From contig CAJVXN010000005.1 in NCBI GenBank assembly GCA_913009335.1, positions 110 through 64,109 of the forward strand: a stretch of 64,000 nucleotides of DNA, written 5' to 3'. A program made the translations under genes and the position numbers. Shown in pieces: positions 37,519 to 48,035 of this stretch (the stretch's first letter is position 1; each line of letters opens with the position of its first letter). Origin of the DNA: an uncultured bacterium. GTDB taxonomy: Bacteria > Omnitrophota > Gorgyraeia > Ghiorseimicrobiales > Ghiorseimicrobiaceae. The notes beneath the pieces are model-generated. The model did not search any database. It had not been told where the DNA came from and saw nothing but the letters and a program-made list of their open reading frames with translations.

Positions 37519-38517
37519 ATGTCAAAAATAACACGTGTAGCTCAATTAGCAGGTAAGATAGAAAGCGTAAGTGGAACAGCTGAATCTTTAACCGCAAGCG
37601 AAGCAACGTTACTGGCCTATGAACCAGTGATGAATTTGGCTCCGGAGCAATTCAAGAGAGATCCGGTAGTCAAGCACATGTCAAGGTTTCAATCTGAACC
37701 CGGTGCAAGAAAAATGGATTTGACTTTCAAGGCAGAACTCATGGGTCCTCTATCAGGAGCAAAAGGTGTAACGCTTCCAATTACTCCATATTTAAGGGCT
37801 TGCGGCTTCTCTGAAAGTCTTTCAGGCGGCGTAAGCAATATATATGTTCCTGTTTCAAGCAGTTTCGTTACCGCGACAATAGCGAAATACCAGGATGGTG
37901 TAAGAAAATTGATGTTAGGCTGCGCTGGCAATGTAAAATTCCAGTTTAAAGTAGGGGAACCTGTGTTCTGTGATTTTACTATGCAGGGTAAATATTCATC
38001 TCATGGCGATGTATCAATGTTATCACCGAGTTATCCGGCCCAAGTACCTCTTATGTTTATGGGTGCGACAATCAGCATATTAGGTGATACATTAGTATTA
38101 GACAATCTTGAGATAGACATGCAGAATGAAATTGTTTTATCTCCATTACCGTCTGATGTAAGCGGTATTGATTATGCTAAAATAACCGGACGTAATCCGA
38201 TAATGACATTTGATCCGGAAATGACTGCTGTTTCGAGCCACGATTTTTATTCAAAATTACTTTCACGAGCAACAGCGGCAGTAACGATTACTATCGGAGA
38301 TATAAATAGCAATAAAATAATGTTTTCTCTGCCGGCTGTAAGATATACAGGATTAGGAGAAGGAGATAGAGGGGGAATAGCAATACAAAACGCGACTTGC
38401 GAAGTTTGTAAGAATTCAGATGCCGGAAACGATGAAATCAGTATAACAATGACTTCTTCGTCTAGCTCGAGTTCTTCAATGTCTAGCTCGAGTTCTTCAT
38501 CGTCTAGTTCTACGTAA
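37519..38517 (+). CDS. major tail (tube) protein with poly-Ser C-terminal tail
   Basis: 332 aa immediately upstream of chaperone pair and tape measure; ends TSSSSSSSSMSSSSSSSSSST. Confidence 0.55.
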   Translation: MSKITRVAQLAGKIESVSGTAESLTASEATLLAYEPVMNLAPEQFKRDPVVKHMSRFQSEPGARKMDLTFKAELMGPLSGAKGVTLPITPYLRACGFSESLSGGVSNIYVPVSSSFVTATIAKYQDGVRKLMLGCAGNVKFQFKVGEPVFCDFTMQGKYSSHGDVSMLSPSYPAQVPLMFMGATISILGDTLVLDNLEIDMQNEIVLSPLPSDVSGIDYAKITGRNPIMTFDPEMTAVSSHDFYSKLLSRATAAVTITIGDINSNKIMFSLPAVRYTGLGEGDRGGIAIQNATCEVCKNSDAGNDEISITMTSSSSSSSSMSSSSSSSSSST

Positions 38518-38529
38518 GGAGTTTTATTT

Positions 38530-39006
38530 ATGGGTGAGTTTAATTTTAGCATAACAATGGATTTATCCATTCCTGATTTCATGGACGCGACTATACCTTT
38601 GCAGGATATATCAAATGCAATAGCCGCTGACGCTAAAAAGAATATTCGTACGCAGAGAAGCCCTGATGGATCTCGTTTCATGCCTTTATCAAGAAGGACT
38701 ATAAACAGAAAAGGATTTAGTATGGCTCTTTTAGATAAAGGGATAATGTTTAATGCTATACGATCATACAAAGTGAGAAAGAATGTTATGGCTGTAAGCG
38801 TTATGCCAAGAGGAAAGCCGCGAAGAGATTTATTGGCATTGATACATCAGGAAATAGGTGTGCCAAGCAAAGAACACGGCAGGGTAGCCCGGCCATTTTT
38901 AGGTGTATCAAAAAAACGTGAACAATGGGCTGTGAGAAGAATGGAACGCTGGATAAATGCAAGAATACAAAAAGCAGCGCATAAGTATATAAATGTAAAG
39001 TTTTAA
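38530..39006 (+). CDS. hypothetical tail protein
   Basis: 158-aa basic ORF. Confidence 0.45.
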   Translation: MGEFNFSITMDLSIPDFMDATIPLQDISNAIAADAKKNIRTQRSPDGSRFMPLSRRTINRKGFSMALLDKGIMFNAIRSYKVRKNVMAVSVMPRGKPRRDLLALIHQEIGVPSKEHGRVARPFLGVSKKREQWAVRRMERWINARIQKAAHKYINVKF

Positions 39007-39032
39007 TAAAAAAAGAGAGGAGCTCTGTAAAA

Positions 39033-39434
39033 ATGATTGATCCGTTAAGTATCGGAGTATCAATAGAATATATCGCTGAGGAAGATAGGAAGTCAAAAAA
39101 TCCTACAGTTTGGATTATTGGATCATTGGATTCTTTTACACAATCCAAATTAATATCTACTCTTGTTGATATATCCGTAGAGGATGGAAAACCTAAATTA
39201 GAAAAGCTTGCGCAAGATAACCATCCTGATTTCGTAATTGTTAAATATGGTTTAAAAGGATTCAAGAATTTCGGGGATGTTGTATTCAAATCTGAAAAAG
39301 TAACTTTATTCGGACAGGAATTAGAAGAAGTTTCCAAAGATGTATTAAAAGTTATTCCTTTATCCGTAATACATGAATTAGCCAATGTTATATGGAGAGG
39401 AAATAAAGTAAGCGAGGAACTTGAAAAAAACTAG
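39033..39434 (+). CDS. tail assembly chaperone (G-like); -1 frameshift at A_AAA_AAC (39425-39431) would extend into 39437..39739 (GT-like product)
   Basis: slippery heptamer aaaaaac at the 3-prime end; -1 frame is continuous with the downstream ORF; classic arrangement upstream of tape measure. Confidence 0.6.
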   Translation: MIDPLSIGVSIEYIAEEDRKSKNPTVWIIGSLDSFTQSKLISTLVDISVEDGKPKLEKLAQDNHPDFVIVKYGLKGFKNFGDVVFKSEKVTLFGQELEEVSKDVLKVIPLSVIHELANVIWRGNKVSEELEKN

Positions 39435-39436
39435 AG

Positions 39437-39739
39437 TTGGCAGTTGAGGTTTCTTCTCTAGGCCTCAGTTGCCACAATTGCAATGACGCGCAAAAGAAAT
39501 TCAGGGGATGCAATGGAAATCCTGTACAACCATATTTAATAGATGGAAAACCGGCGGATAAATGTATCGCTAAATATCTGCCGGCAGAAATAAGGCACTA
39601 TATAAGATATTATGGCTATTATAAAAAAGGACATCTTCCATTAGATGTATCAAGACAACCGGCAAAAATGCTGGATATATTTGATATATTAGAAAGCGCT
39701 GAGGTTGAGAATCAAAAAAATAAATACGATAATTTATAA
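39437..39739 (+). CDS. tail assembly chaperone frameshift extension (T-like segment)
   Basis: no independent ATG (track start is TTG); in -1 frame relative to 39033..39434. Confidence 0.5.
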   Translation: MAVEVSSLGLSCHNCNDAQKKFRGCNGNPVQPYLIDGKPADKCIAKYLPAEIRHYIRYYGYYKKGHLPLDVSRQPAKMLDIFDILESAEVENQKNKYDNL

Positions 39740-39750
39740 TAGAGGATATC

Positions 39751-41712
39751 ATGGCTGTAAATAAAATAAAAATTGTTTCTGGATATGAAGATAAATCAAG
39801 CGAGAAAATAAAGGCATCGTTTGATAAGTCTAAGAAATCCGCTGTTGATTTATCAAAAGAATTTAAAAGCTTAAAAAGAAGCATTAGCACTTCTATGCTT
39901 AAAGTACGGAAGAGCATAGAAGTAAATCTACAAAAATCTTCCGTTGCGCAGAAAAAACATGCTAAAGAACTTGCTCATCATACCCGTTTCATGGGCATGT
40001 CAATAGGTAAACTAGCCGGACAAATTGGATCTATGCGTAATTTTATATTAGTATGGATGTTTGCCTTACGTCCTTTGATTAATATTATTAAAAGTACAAC
40101 GGAAGCAATGACAAAGCAAGAAGATGCTTTGAAAAGGCTTAATTACGCTATGGGTATACAGGGAACACAATCTAAAGTTGTCAATAATCGATTGATAGAA
40201 ATGTCTAAAGGATTCCAAGCAGTAACTAGATACGGCGATGAGGCTGTTTTAGAAGTAATGGAAAAATTAATAACTCTTGGAAGAGTTATGCCTAATCAAT
40301 TAGAGAGAGCCACACAGGCTGTCTTGGATTTTTCTTCCGCGAGCGGAAGAGATTTATCTATGGCTACGCTGCTTATTGCTAAAGCAGCAACGGGCTTCAC
40401 CGGGGAATTGTCTCGTTATGGAATTAAAATAGACGAAAACATACCTAAAACTAAAAAATTCTCCGCCGTACTTGAATTTATTGAAAAACAAATGGGAGGC
40501 AGGGCGCAGCAGGATATAGATAGTTATGGTGGAAAAATAAAGCTTCTAGGAAATCAATATAGTGATTTAAAAGAAAAAATAGGTTTAACAATATGGAAAT
40601 ACGGAGGATTAAACGCGGCTGTAGAAAAATTATTAAAGACATTTAGGTCATGGAATGAACATTTTGAGAAAGAAGACCCCTTAGATAATGCTATTTTTAA
40701 AGCAAAAAAACAAATTAAAGTATTGGAAGAATTAGACAAAAAAATGACTGGAAAAAGACCTATGAAATTACTTTATCTTTTTCCGATAGGAGAAATTGAT
40801 ATAGGAATTAAAAAATCAAGGACAAGGATAGAATCACTGTATAAATTTATCGACGCGGCAGAGAAAAAAAAGATAGAAAGAAAAATAGGCTCTGATGTGA
40901 TCGCTATGGCTGAGAAAGAAAAACAAATAAAAATGCAGGCCGAAGAAGATTTTCAAAAAGCGTATGATAATTTAGCTTCCAGAAAAATAGAAACAGCTAT
41001 AAAAACTTTAGAAGAGGAATACGCTTTTAATAAAAAATATGTAGATGATAAAATAGCTCTCGAGTATTTGTATTCTGAAAAGAAAAAAGCAATAGACGCG
41101 ATGGTCCTTGCTAATGAAAAAAAGAATAGAACATTAGCCGGCAGGCAAATGGTTAAATTCATGGAAACATACGCTAAGGGAATGGAGAGAGCATTAAGTG
41201 AGGGATTTTTTAAAGTTGTAAAAGGAGAATTTGAAGGATTAAAAGATGTTGTAATTAGTTTCGGCGATTTAATGTTAAAAACATTAATACAGATAGCGGT
41301 GAAGATGGCAATGATAAAAGCATGGGCCGGCTTCGGCCCTCTTTTAGGAATAAATCTTTCTACAGCTGCGACAGCTGCGACAAAAACAGTAAATGTTTTA
41401 CCCGCAACCGGACATTCAGGAGGAGTTGTTCGTAAATACCATTCCGGCGGAGAAGTAAATGCCACTCTTTTAGAAGGCGAAGGCGTTCTTAATAGAAACG
41501 CGATGTCTAATTTAGGAGTTGATAATCTTAATAAATTAAATAGCGGAGAAGATGCTGGCGGTAAAACAGTAAATAATTATTATATCCAAACAATTGATGA
41601 AAGATCATTCCGGGAAAGACTACAGCAAAATGGTGATATTTACGCTAATGCTTCCGAGCAAGGCATAAGGGACAATACTTCTTTAAGAAGGACAAGTCAA
41701 AGATTTGGATAA
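39751..41712 (+). CDS. tail tape measure protein
   Basis: 653 aa, largely alpha-helical/coiled-coil, internal hydrophobic segment, position after chaperone pair. Confidence 0.7.
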   Translation: MAVNKIKIVSGYEDKSSEKIKASFDKSKKSAVDLSKEFKSLKRSISTSMLKVRKSIEVNLQKSSVAQKKHAKELAHHTRFMGMSIGKLAGQIGSMRNFILVWMFALRPLINIIKSTTEAMTKQEDALKRLNYAMGIQGTQSKVVNNRLIEMSKGFQAVTRYGDEAVLEVMEKLITLGRVMPNQLERATQAVLDFSSASGRDLSMATLLIAKAATGFTGELSRYGIKIDENIPKTKKFSAVLEFIEKQMGGRAQQDIDSYGGKIKLLGNQYSDLKEKIGLTIWKYGGLNAAVEKLLKTFRSWNEHFEKEDPLDNAIFKAKKQIKVLEELDKKMTGKRPMKLLYLFPIGEIDIGIKKSRTRIESLYKFIDAAEKKKIERKIGSDVIAMAEKEKQIKMQAEEDFQKAYDNLASRKIETAIKTLEEEYAFNKKYVDDKIALEYLYSEKKKAIDAMVLANEKKNRTLAGRQMVKFMETYAKGMERALSEGFFKVVKGEFEGLKDVVISFGDLMLKTLIQIAVKMAMIKAWAGFGPLLGINLSTAATAATKTVNVLPATGHSGGVVRKYHSGGEVNATLLEGEGVLNRNAMSNLGVDNLNKLNSGEDAGGKTVNNYYIQTIDERSFRERLQQNGDIYANASEQGIRDNTSLRRTSQRFG

Positions 41713-41730
41713 TATAAGGAAAAAATAACA

Positions 41731-42423
41731 ATGTCATATAATCATATACTCACTCTCACTCCGGAATTCGGCATCGAAGAATCAATAGAATTCCGTACTA
41801 ATGTTACTGATTCAGAAAGCGGGAAAGAACACCGTGATGCATTGTGGGATGAAGGAATACGGGAATATAAATTAACTGTAAGATTCCTTACTAAAACCGC
41901 GATGGATTTAATATGGAATTTTTTTATCGCCAGGCATGGAAGTTTTGATTATTTTCTTACAAAGATAGAACAGGAATACGAACAGATTAATGAAGCGGTA
42001 GATACCGGCGACGGAGTAGTAACTGAATTTTTATTAGATAAATTTCCCGTAGATACAGCATCAAATCACTCGTGTAGTGTAGCCGATGTTACGAATACAG
42101 ATTATCTTTTACGTAATGATTTTAATCTTGAGAAATCTTATATTACTTTTAATAATGCTTACTCCGGAGCGATAGTAGTTTCTTATGAATATTATTTTAA
42201 AGTCCGCTTTAAAGAAGATAAATTAACCAGGCAATTAGCTGCTTATAAATTACTGCATGCTGGGATAACTTTGAAAGAGGTACGTTGGACATCTTATGGT
42301 TCAACATTAGGTAATTCTTCTTCTTCTTCAATGAGTTCTAGTTCTAGTTCCAGTTCATCTAGCTCATTAAGCTCAAGTTCTTCCAGTAGTTCTTTAAGCA
42401 GTTCAAGCAGTTCATCAGCTTAA
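41731..42423 (+). CDS. minor tail protein (lambda gpM position) with poly-Ser C-terminal tail
   Basis: synteny TMP-M-L-K-J; ends NSSSSSMSSSSSSSSSSSLSSSSSSSSLSSSSSSSA. Confidence 0.45.
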   Translation: MSYNHILTLTPEFGIEESIEFRTNVTDSESGKEHRDALWDEGIREYKLTVRFLTKTAMDLIWNFFIARHGSFDYFLTKIEQEYEQINEAVDTGDGVVTEFLLDKFPVDTASNHSCSVADVTNTDYLLRNDFNLEKSYITFNNAYSGAIVVSYEYYFKVRFKEDKLTRQLAAYKLLHAGITLKEVRWTSYGSTLGNSSSSSMSSSSSSSSSSSLSSSSSSSSLSSSSSSSA

Positions 42424-42424
42424 T

Positions 42425-43285
42425 ATGTATATTCTATCTACAATATTAAACGCGATTAAAGACAGGGTGCAAAATAAACCGGTAGAGATTACCGATATTT
42501 ATTTAGGCAGCCAGACAACCGAAGATTCTGATACCCTCCATTTTGTAAATTTCTATAAAACCTTAACTTTTTTCACCTATATAGGACAAACATCACAAGC
42601 ATATACTCCTTTAGCAATTCGTCGTTCCGCGGTAAAGAAAACAGCTAAAGGCGAGATTGAAAGAATTTCTTATCGTGTCGATAATGTCAATAAAGGAATG
42701 TCGGCTTACGCGGCAAGCAAAGATTTTCGTAATAAACGTATTGTAACAAGATTGATATTCCGGGATTATCTAAACTCTTCCTCCGATGCCAAAATCATCT
42801 TTGATGGTTTTATCCAGTCAATTCTTTTTGAGCAAAAATCAATGTCTGTTACATGCGCTCCTAAAATAGGTTCATTATCTTTTGAAACAGGATGGCCCTA
42901 TCAAATACAATGTCATGCGCGTTTTGGGGATAGTTACTGTCAAATAAATAAGGAATTATCAGAAAATAAAGTAACTGGAACTGTTACCGGAGGAACTTCT
43001 TCCACTGTAATTGATACAGCAAATTTGAATCAAGCGGATAATTATTGGAATTGGGGAACGATTGCATTTACTTCCGGAGACAATAATGGATCATCGCGTA
43101 AAATAGTTGATTTCGATAAGGCAGCAAATACGCTTACTCTGGATTACGTCTTAGACAATATAGTTTCCTCCGGAGATACATACATGCTTTATCGCGGTTG
43201 TGATAAAGCGTTAGAAACTTGTGAAAGTACATATAATAATACGATTAATTATCATGGTTTCCACACTATACCATTGCGAAAATGA
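42425..43285 (+). CDS. minor tail protein (lambda gpL-like) with C-terminal 4-Cys cluster
   Basis: QCHARFGDSYC ... YRGCDKALETC; synteny before NlpC/P60 gene. Confidence 0.45.
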   Translation: MYILSTILNAIKDRVQNKPVEITDIYLGSQTTEDSDTLHFVNFYKTLTFFTYIGQTSQAYTPLAIRRSAVKKTAKGEIERISYRVDNVNKGMSAYAASKDFRNKRIVTRLIFRDYLNSSSDAKIIFDGFIQSILFEQKSMSVTCAPKIGSLSFETGWPYQIQCHARFGDSYCQINKELSENKVTGTVTGGTSSTVIDTANLNQADNYWNWGTIAFTSGDNNGSSRKIVDFDKAANTLTLDYVLDNIVSSGDTYMLYRGCDKALETCESTYNNTINYHGFHTIPLRK

Positions 43286-43683
43286 TAACAAATTATGATC
43301 TTAATGACTTGATTGGAGTTCCTTTCAAGCTTAATCGCAGAGATTTTAAAGGATGTGATTGCCGGGGCATAGTATGGCTTTATTATAAGCATGTTATGAA
43401 TAAAGAAATACCTTTCACTGATGGAAAAAGAATATTTTTCCGCAATAAGAATAAAGATTTTGAACGTATAACCAATGTACTTAAAACATTTACCAGAGAT
43501 GTAAGTTTCAAAGAATTAGAAGAAGGAGACATCGTAGTGCTTAAAGGATTAAGTTCTTTCGGGGCCTTAGGAGTTTGTATTAATAAAGAATATATTTTAC
43601 ACATGGATAAGTTTGTAGGATCGTGCTTAACTAAAACACGATATATGGAAAATTTAATATTATCAGTTTATAGGCCGATATGA
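43282..43683 (+). CDS. NlpC/P60-family tail protein (lambda gpK-like)
   Basis: catalytic Cys region FKGCDCRGIVWLYY and His region YILHMDKF. Confidence 0.65.
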   Translation: MITNYDLNDLIGVPFKLNRRDFKGCDCRGIVWLYYKHVMNKEIPFTDGKRIFFRNKNKDFERITNVLKTFTRDVSFKELEEGDIVVLKGLSSFGALGVCINKEYILHMDKFVGSCLTKTRYMENLILSVYRPI

Positions 43684-46600
43684 AAAAAATAAGCATACTC
43701 TTTTTCTTTTTATCATTAATTATAACAAAAAATGCCTATGCTGTGCCTGTGGCAGTATCAGTAGCTTTTTGGTACGCGGCCCAAGCAGTTGCAGCCTTTG
43801 TTGTTGCTAATTGGGTAGTAATCGCGATAACAGTCGCGTCTATAGCGTATAGTCTTTCTCAATCTACAAATCAAGATAGGCTGAAAGCTCCCGCCTCAAA
43901 ATATACTTCTCCGGTGATATCCAATTCTTATTCTAATGAAGGTATTGTTCCATTGTTATATGGAGGCCCTATTGCTTTAGGCGGAAATATTATATGGCAG
44001 TCTGATCCGGGATCAACAGTGCAGCGATTTTTAGCCATCTCCGCGGGAGAAATATCAGCGATCACTAATGTCTTAATTGATGATCAGGATATATCGTCGC
44101 TTTCCGGTTGCAGCTATACAGCGTATTTAGGAACGGCAACGCAATCAGTAGACTCCAGGGGGGCGGGAACAGTTAAAGGATTACGCGATGTTGCTTATTT
44201 GGCCCTTGAGATTACATCAGGAGATAAGGTAAGCAGCAATCCTATTGTTTCATGCCGGGCAACCGGGAGAAAAATACAGACCTGGAATTCATCTACATGT
44301 AACTGGACTACTAACTCCCTATCCAGTTCTAAAAATCCTGCCGCGATATTGCGTGATTATTTATTATTGAGTTACGTTGTCGGTGGTTGTGGTATTCCGG
44401 CGGCGTATGTAGATGATGTAAGTTTTGGCGCGGTATCTGAAATCTGCGACGCTCAAATAGATAATGGATCAGGCGGAACAGAAGCAAGATATGAATTGGA
44501 TATTGTTATCGATACGAAACATTCCGCTTTAGATAATATTGATAAGATGCTTATTACTTGCAATGCCGCATTGATACGCAGCGGAGCAACGTATAAATTA
44601 ACCATAGAAAAAGCCAATGAAACAGCTGTTATGGCTTTTACAGAAGATAATATTTTAAAAGGATCATTTGAATACGGATACGGAAAAGCTGATGAAACTC
44701 CGAATAAAGTAGGAGTTGAGTGGATATCCGCGTTAGAAACTAAAAATCCTAAACGTGTAGAATGGGCGGAAGATGAATTAGATCAGGAAATACGCGGTAT
44801 AAGAGAAGAAAAAATAGAAACATATGGAATTATCCGGCAAAGCCAAGCTTCCAGGATCGCTAAGAAAGCATTGTATGAAAGAAAGATAAACGATATTTGG
44901 TGTAGATTTAAAAGCAATATTAAGGCCCTGCATTGTGAACAGATGGATGTCGTTACTATAACACATTCACGGCCGAATTGGACTGCCGCGCAATTCAGGA
45001 TAGTTGAAATAAATGAAGCTGATTTTGGCAACGCTCAATATTTAGCGCAGGCATATAACAGTTCTGTCCTTGATGATAAATATGGAGCAACATTTGATGA
45101 TTGGGATTATGGATCTCCTCCTAATCCGTATACTCCGGTAACAGACGTTACAGGAGTAGTATTAGAAGAAGTCGGCTGGCGTAATACAGATGGTGTACAT
45201 ATTGCTCATATCGATGTTACATGGACGGCTCCCGCGACGAAAAAAGAATTTCTTTCCAGCTATGTTATAGAGCTTAAAAAAGAGAATGACGCTTATATAT
45301 CTGTGGGGACTCCTTCATCCGGAGATACTGAATATCGTATAAATCTTAATCTTGAAATAAATAAAAATTATTATGTTCGTATAAAAACTGTATCAACAGA
45401 AGACATTGTTTCTGATGGAACAGTTTCTTCAAAAATTACGTTAGTCGGTAAAGACGCGAATCCTTCGGATGTTTCTTCATTCTTAGTTAGAAAATACAGA
45501 GATACAGTAATATGCAGATGGACAAAAGTTACCGATGTCGATGTTGAAAAATATGAAATAAGGAAAGGAGATGATTGGGATTCCGCCGGCATTGTCGGTA
45601 CTAATCTTACCGGAATAGAAACAACATTAAGAGATGTAAAAATAGCAGCAAATCAATCCTATTGGATAAAAGCGATTGATAATTCAGGCAATTATTCTGA
45701 AAATGCCGTTGAAGCGATATTAACAATATCAAATATTCCTTTTCAAAATATAATACAAACTTATTTAGAGCATACCAACTGGCTTGATAACTCAAACATA
45801 TACTATGTTTCAAATGAGGATAGCGACTATGATTTAAGAACTGTAACGCAGGATTATGAAAAATTAGCACAGTCGTTTACTCCCAGCGTGGACAGGACTG
45901 TGGATAAAATATCTTTAAAATTAGTTGAAAACGGCCATATTTATTCTTCTTCTTCAAGTTCATCTTCCAGCAGTTCAAGCGTTTCCTCAAGTTCTTCTAG
46001 TTTAAGTTCCAGTTCAAGCAGCCTTTCTTCAAGCAGTTCTTCATCAAGCATAGCAAGTTCAAGCAGCTCAAGCTCAAGTTCGTCAAGTTCAAGCTCCTCA
46101 AGCAGCTTAAGTTCATCAAGTTCGTCTTTGTCTTCTTCAAGCAGTTCGAATAATTCATCCAGCTCCTCAAGCAGCTTAAGTTCATCAAGTTCGTCTTTGT
46201 CTTCTTCAAGCAGTTCGAATAATTCATCCAGTTCATCGAGCAGTTTAAGCTCTTCAAGCAGTTCGAGTAAGATGCCTCCGATAAGCAGCAGTTCGAGTTC
46301 TTCTTATTCTTCTTCATCTTCTTCAAGATCTTCATCCTCGAGTTCTCGAAGCTCTAGCTCTTCTTCAAGATCTTCTTCTTCAAGTTCTGTTTCTTCCAGT
46401 TCTTCTTCATCGAGTTCTTCCAGCAGCCTAAGTTCTTCTTCATCGAGTTCTTCCAGTTCTTCTCTATCTTCTTCATCTTCTAGTTTAAGTACAAGTTCAT
46501 CAAGCAGTTCTTCATTGAGTAACTCAAGCAGCTCAAGTTCTAGTTCTTTAGCCGGAACAACAGCGATATGGGTTACGATAGAAGGAGATAATGCCGGCGA

Positions 46601-47528
46601 ACCTGACGGTTCCGCTGTTGCAACAAGTAATTATATTGACGCAAGCACTATCGGCACTACTTTTAGATGGATAGATTTTACGCTGCTTGCTAACGCTAGC
46701 TTATCAGCAAGCGTTAAATACTGGATAGTTTTACATGGAGGCTATACTAAAAGCGATACTACTTTTATCTCATGGAAAGCTGATATTACCAGCGCTTCTT
46801 TTTCCGGAGGCAACTTGGCGTATTACGACGCGGGAGCAGCGGCCTGGACAGCCCAGGCAACGGAAGATTTTATGTTCAAAGTGCTTGAATATGTTTCAGG
46901 GGATAATTATTATATATCAGGAAGTAATTTAAAATTTGAAAGCGGAGAATTATCAGCTGTTTATTACACAAGCAAAAAAGATATCGGTTATGTTTGTGAT
47001 GCAAGAATAATGATTCAATATATCGCTTCTATCGCGCAAACTATGGCCTGGGATTCAGACGCGGCAAGAAAATTTAATGACAGTGAAACATTGCGTTTTA
47101 CCGGTGCCGAATTCGCGGGGAATGTATCTTTTGAGATACGTACATCAGAGGATAATATTACATGGACTGCGTGGGAAGATTGGATTTCAGCGGATTACAC
47201 ATGCCGATATTTTCAAATAAGAATGACATTTACCAGAGATTCCGCGGCTACAGAAATATTAATGTCTGACCTAACTATCGATGTTGATTTACCGGATGTC
47301 GATGAAACGCAGGATTATACTATCAGCGTGGCCGCTGATGGAGCGGCCATAACATTTGTTAAAACATACCATGTAGCGCCTTCTGTTAACGTTGATATAC
47401 TTTCCGGATCAGGGATAGTACATACTTTTTCAGTGGTTCCTTCGATTACCGGAGTAACGATAAAACACCTTGCGCTTGATAGCTCAGAACAAACAGGAAC
47501 AGGAAAAGTACATGTCCACGGGATTTAA
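43680..47528 (+). CDS. tail tip / host-specificity protein (lambda gpJ-like) with central about 200-aa poly-Ser region
   Basis: 1282 aa; hydrophobic N-terminus; FN3-like segments; Ser-rich tract 45948-46550. Confidence 0.6.
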   Translation: MKKISILFFFLSLIITKNAYAVPVAVSVAFWYAAQAVAAFVVANWVVIAITVASIAYSLSQSTNQDRLKAPASKYTSPVISNSYSNEGIVPLLYGGPIALGGNIIWQSDPGSTVQRFLAISAGEISAITNVLIDDQDISSLSGCSYTAYLGTATQSVDSRGAGTVKGLRDVAYLALEITSGDKVSSNPIVSCRATGRKIQTWNSSTCNWTTNSLSSSKNPAAILRDYLLLSYVVGGCGIPAAYVDDVSFGAVSEICDAQIDNGSGGTEARYELDIVIDTKHSALDNIDKMLITCNAALIRSGATYKLTIEKANETAVMAFTEDNILKGSFEYGYGKADETPNKVGVEWISALETKNPKRVEWAEDELDQEIRGIREEKIETYGIIRQSQASRIAKKALYERKINDIWCRFKSNIKALHCEQMDVVTITHSRPNWTAAQFRIVEINEADFGNAQYLAQAYNSSVLDDKYGATFDDWDYGSPPNPYTPVTDVTGVVLEEVGWRNTDGVHIAHIDVTWTAPATKKEFLSSYVIELKKENDAYISVGTPSSGDTEYRINLNLEINKNYYVRIKTVSTEDIVSDGTVSSKITLVGKDANPSDVSSFLVRKYRDTVICRWTKVTDVDVEKYEIRKGDDWDSAGIVGTNLTGIETTLRDVKIAANQSYWIKAIDNSGNYSENAVEAILTISNIPFQNIIQTYLEHTNWLDNSNIYYVSNEDSDYDLRTVTQDYEKLAQSFTPSVDRTVDKISLKLVENGHIYSSSSSSSSSSSSVSSSSSSLSSSSSSLSSSSSSSSIASSSSSSSSSSSSSSSSSLSSSSSSLSSSSSSNNSSSSSSSLSSSSSSLSSSSSSNNSSSSSSSLSSSSSSSKMPPISSSSSSSYSSSSSSRSSSSSSRSSSSSSRSSSSSSVSSSSSSSSSSSSLSSSSSSSSSSSLSSSSSSLSTSSSSSSSLSNSSSSSSSSLAGTTAIWVTIEGDNAGEPDGSAVATSNYIDASTIGTTFRWIDFTLLANASLSASVKYWIVLHGGYTKSDTTFISWKADITSASFSGGNLAYYDAGAAAWTAQATEDFMFKVLEYVSGDNYYISGSNLKFESGELSAVYYTSKKDIGYVCDARIMIQYIASIAQTMAWDSDAARKFNDSETLRFTGAEFAGNVSFEIRTSEDNITWTAWEDWISADYTCRYFQIRMTFTRDSAATEILMSDLTIDVDLPDVDETQDYTISVAADGAAITFVKTYHVAPSVNVDILSGSGIVHTFSVVPSITGVTIKHLALDSSEQTGTGKVHVHGI

Positions 47529-47559
47529 TATATACAGGAATATATACAAAGGAGTATAA

Positions 47560-47778
47560 ATGAAAAATATTATACCGCATAAAATAGTGATAAGTTTTAA
47601 CGTTGATGGAACATTTGATAATGGTATTTTGCTATATCAAAAACAAGAAGAATCAGGATTAGTTTTAAATAAATATCATAGCATCTCAATTAAAAATACT
47701 GTTAATAAGCCAATCATGAATGGTATAATAAATAAGGCGATAAAGTTCGCTAAAAAATCGGAGGGAATGAATGTCTAA
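47560..47778 (+). CDS. hypothetical protein
   Basis: 72-aa ORF with AAAGGAG RBS. Confidence 0.35.
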   Translation: MKNIIPHKIVISFNVDGTFDNGILLYQKQEESGLVLNKYHSISIKNTVNKPIMNGIINKAIKFAKKSEGMNV

Positions 47779-48034
47779 TAATAAACCTATTTGTGCCAGA
47801 TGCAAAAAAGAAATTGAAAGTATTGCTTATGTTCGTGTTCAACCAACACTAATATTACAACCTTATATGCCGCAGACACCGCCGCTATTTAAGTGCCGTG
47901 AACACGCGGAGAATTTTGCGAAACCGATGGATTTCCATGATGATTGTTGGATAGATGAATTATTAGATCATGAAATCCCTATACATGATATGAAAGAAAT
48001 AGAAAAGAAATATTTGAAAGCAGGAGGAAAATGA
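47771..48034 (+). CDS. hypothetical Cys-containing protein
   Basis: 87-aa ORF, CARCKK...CREH. Confidence 0.35.
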   Translation: MSNNKPICARCKKEIESIAYVRVQPTLILQPYMPQTPPLFKCREHAENFAKPMDFHDDCWIDELLDHEIPIHDMKEIEKKYLKAGGK

Positions 48035-48035
48035 A

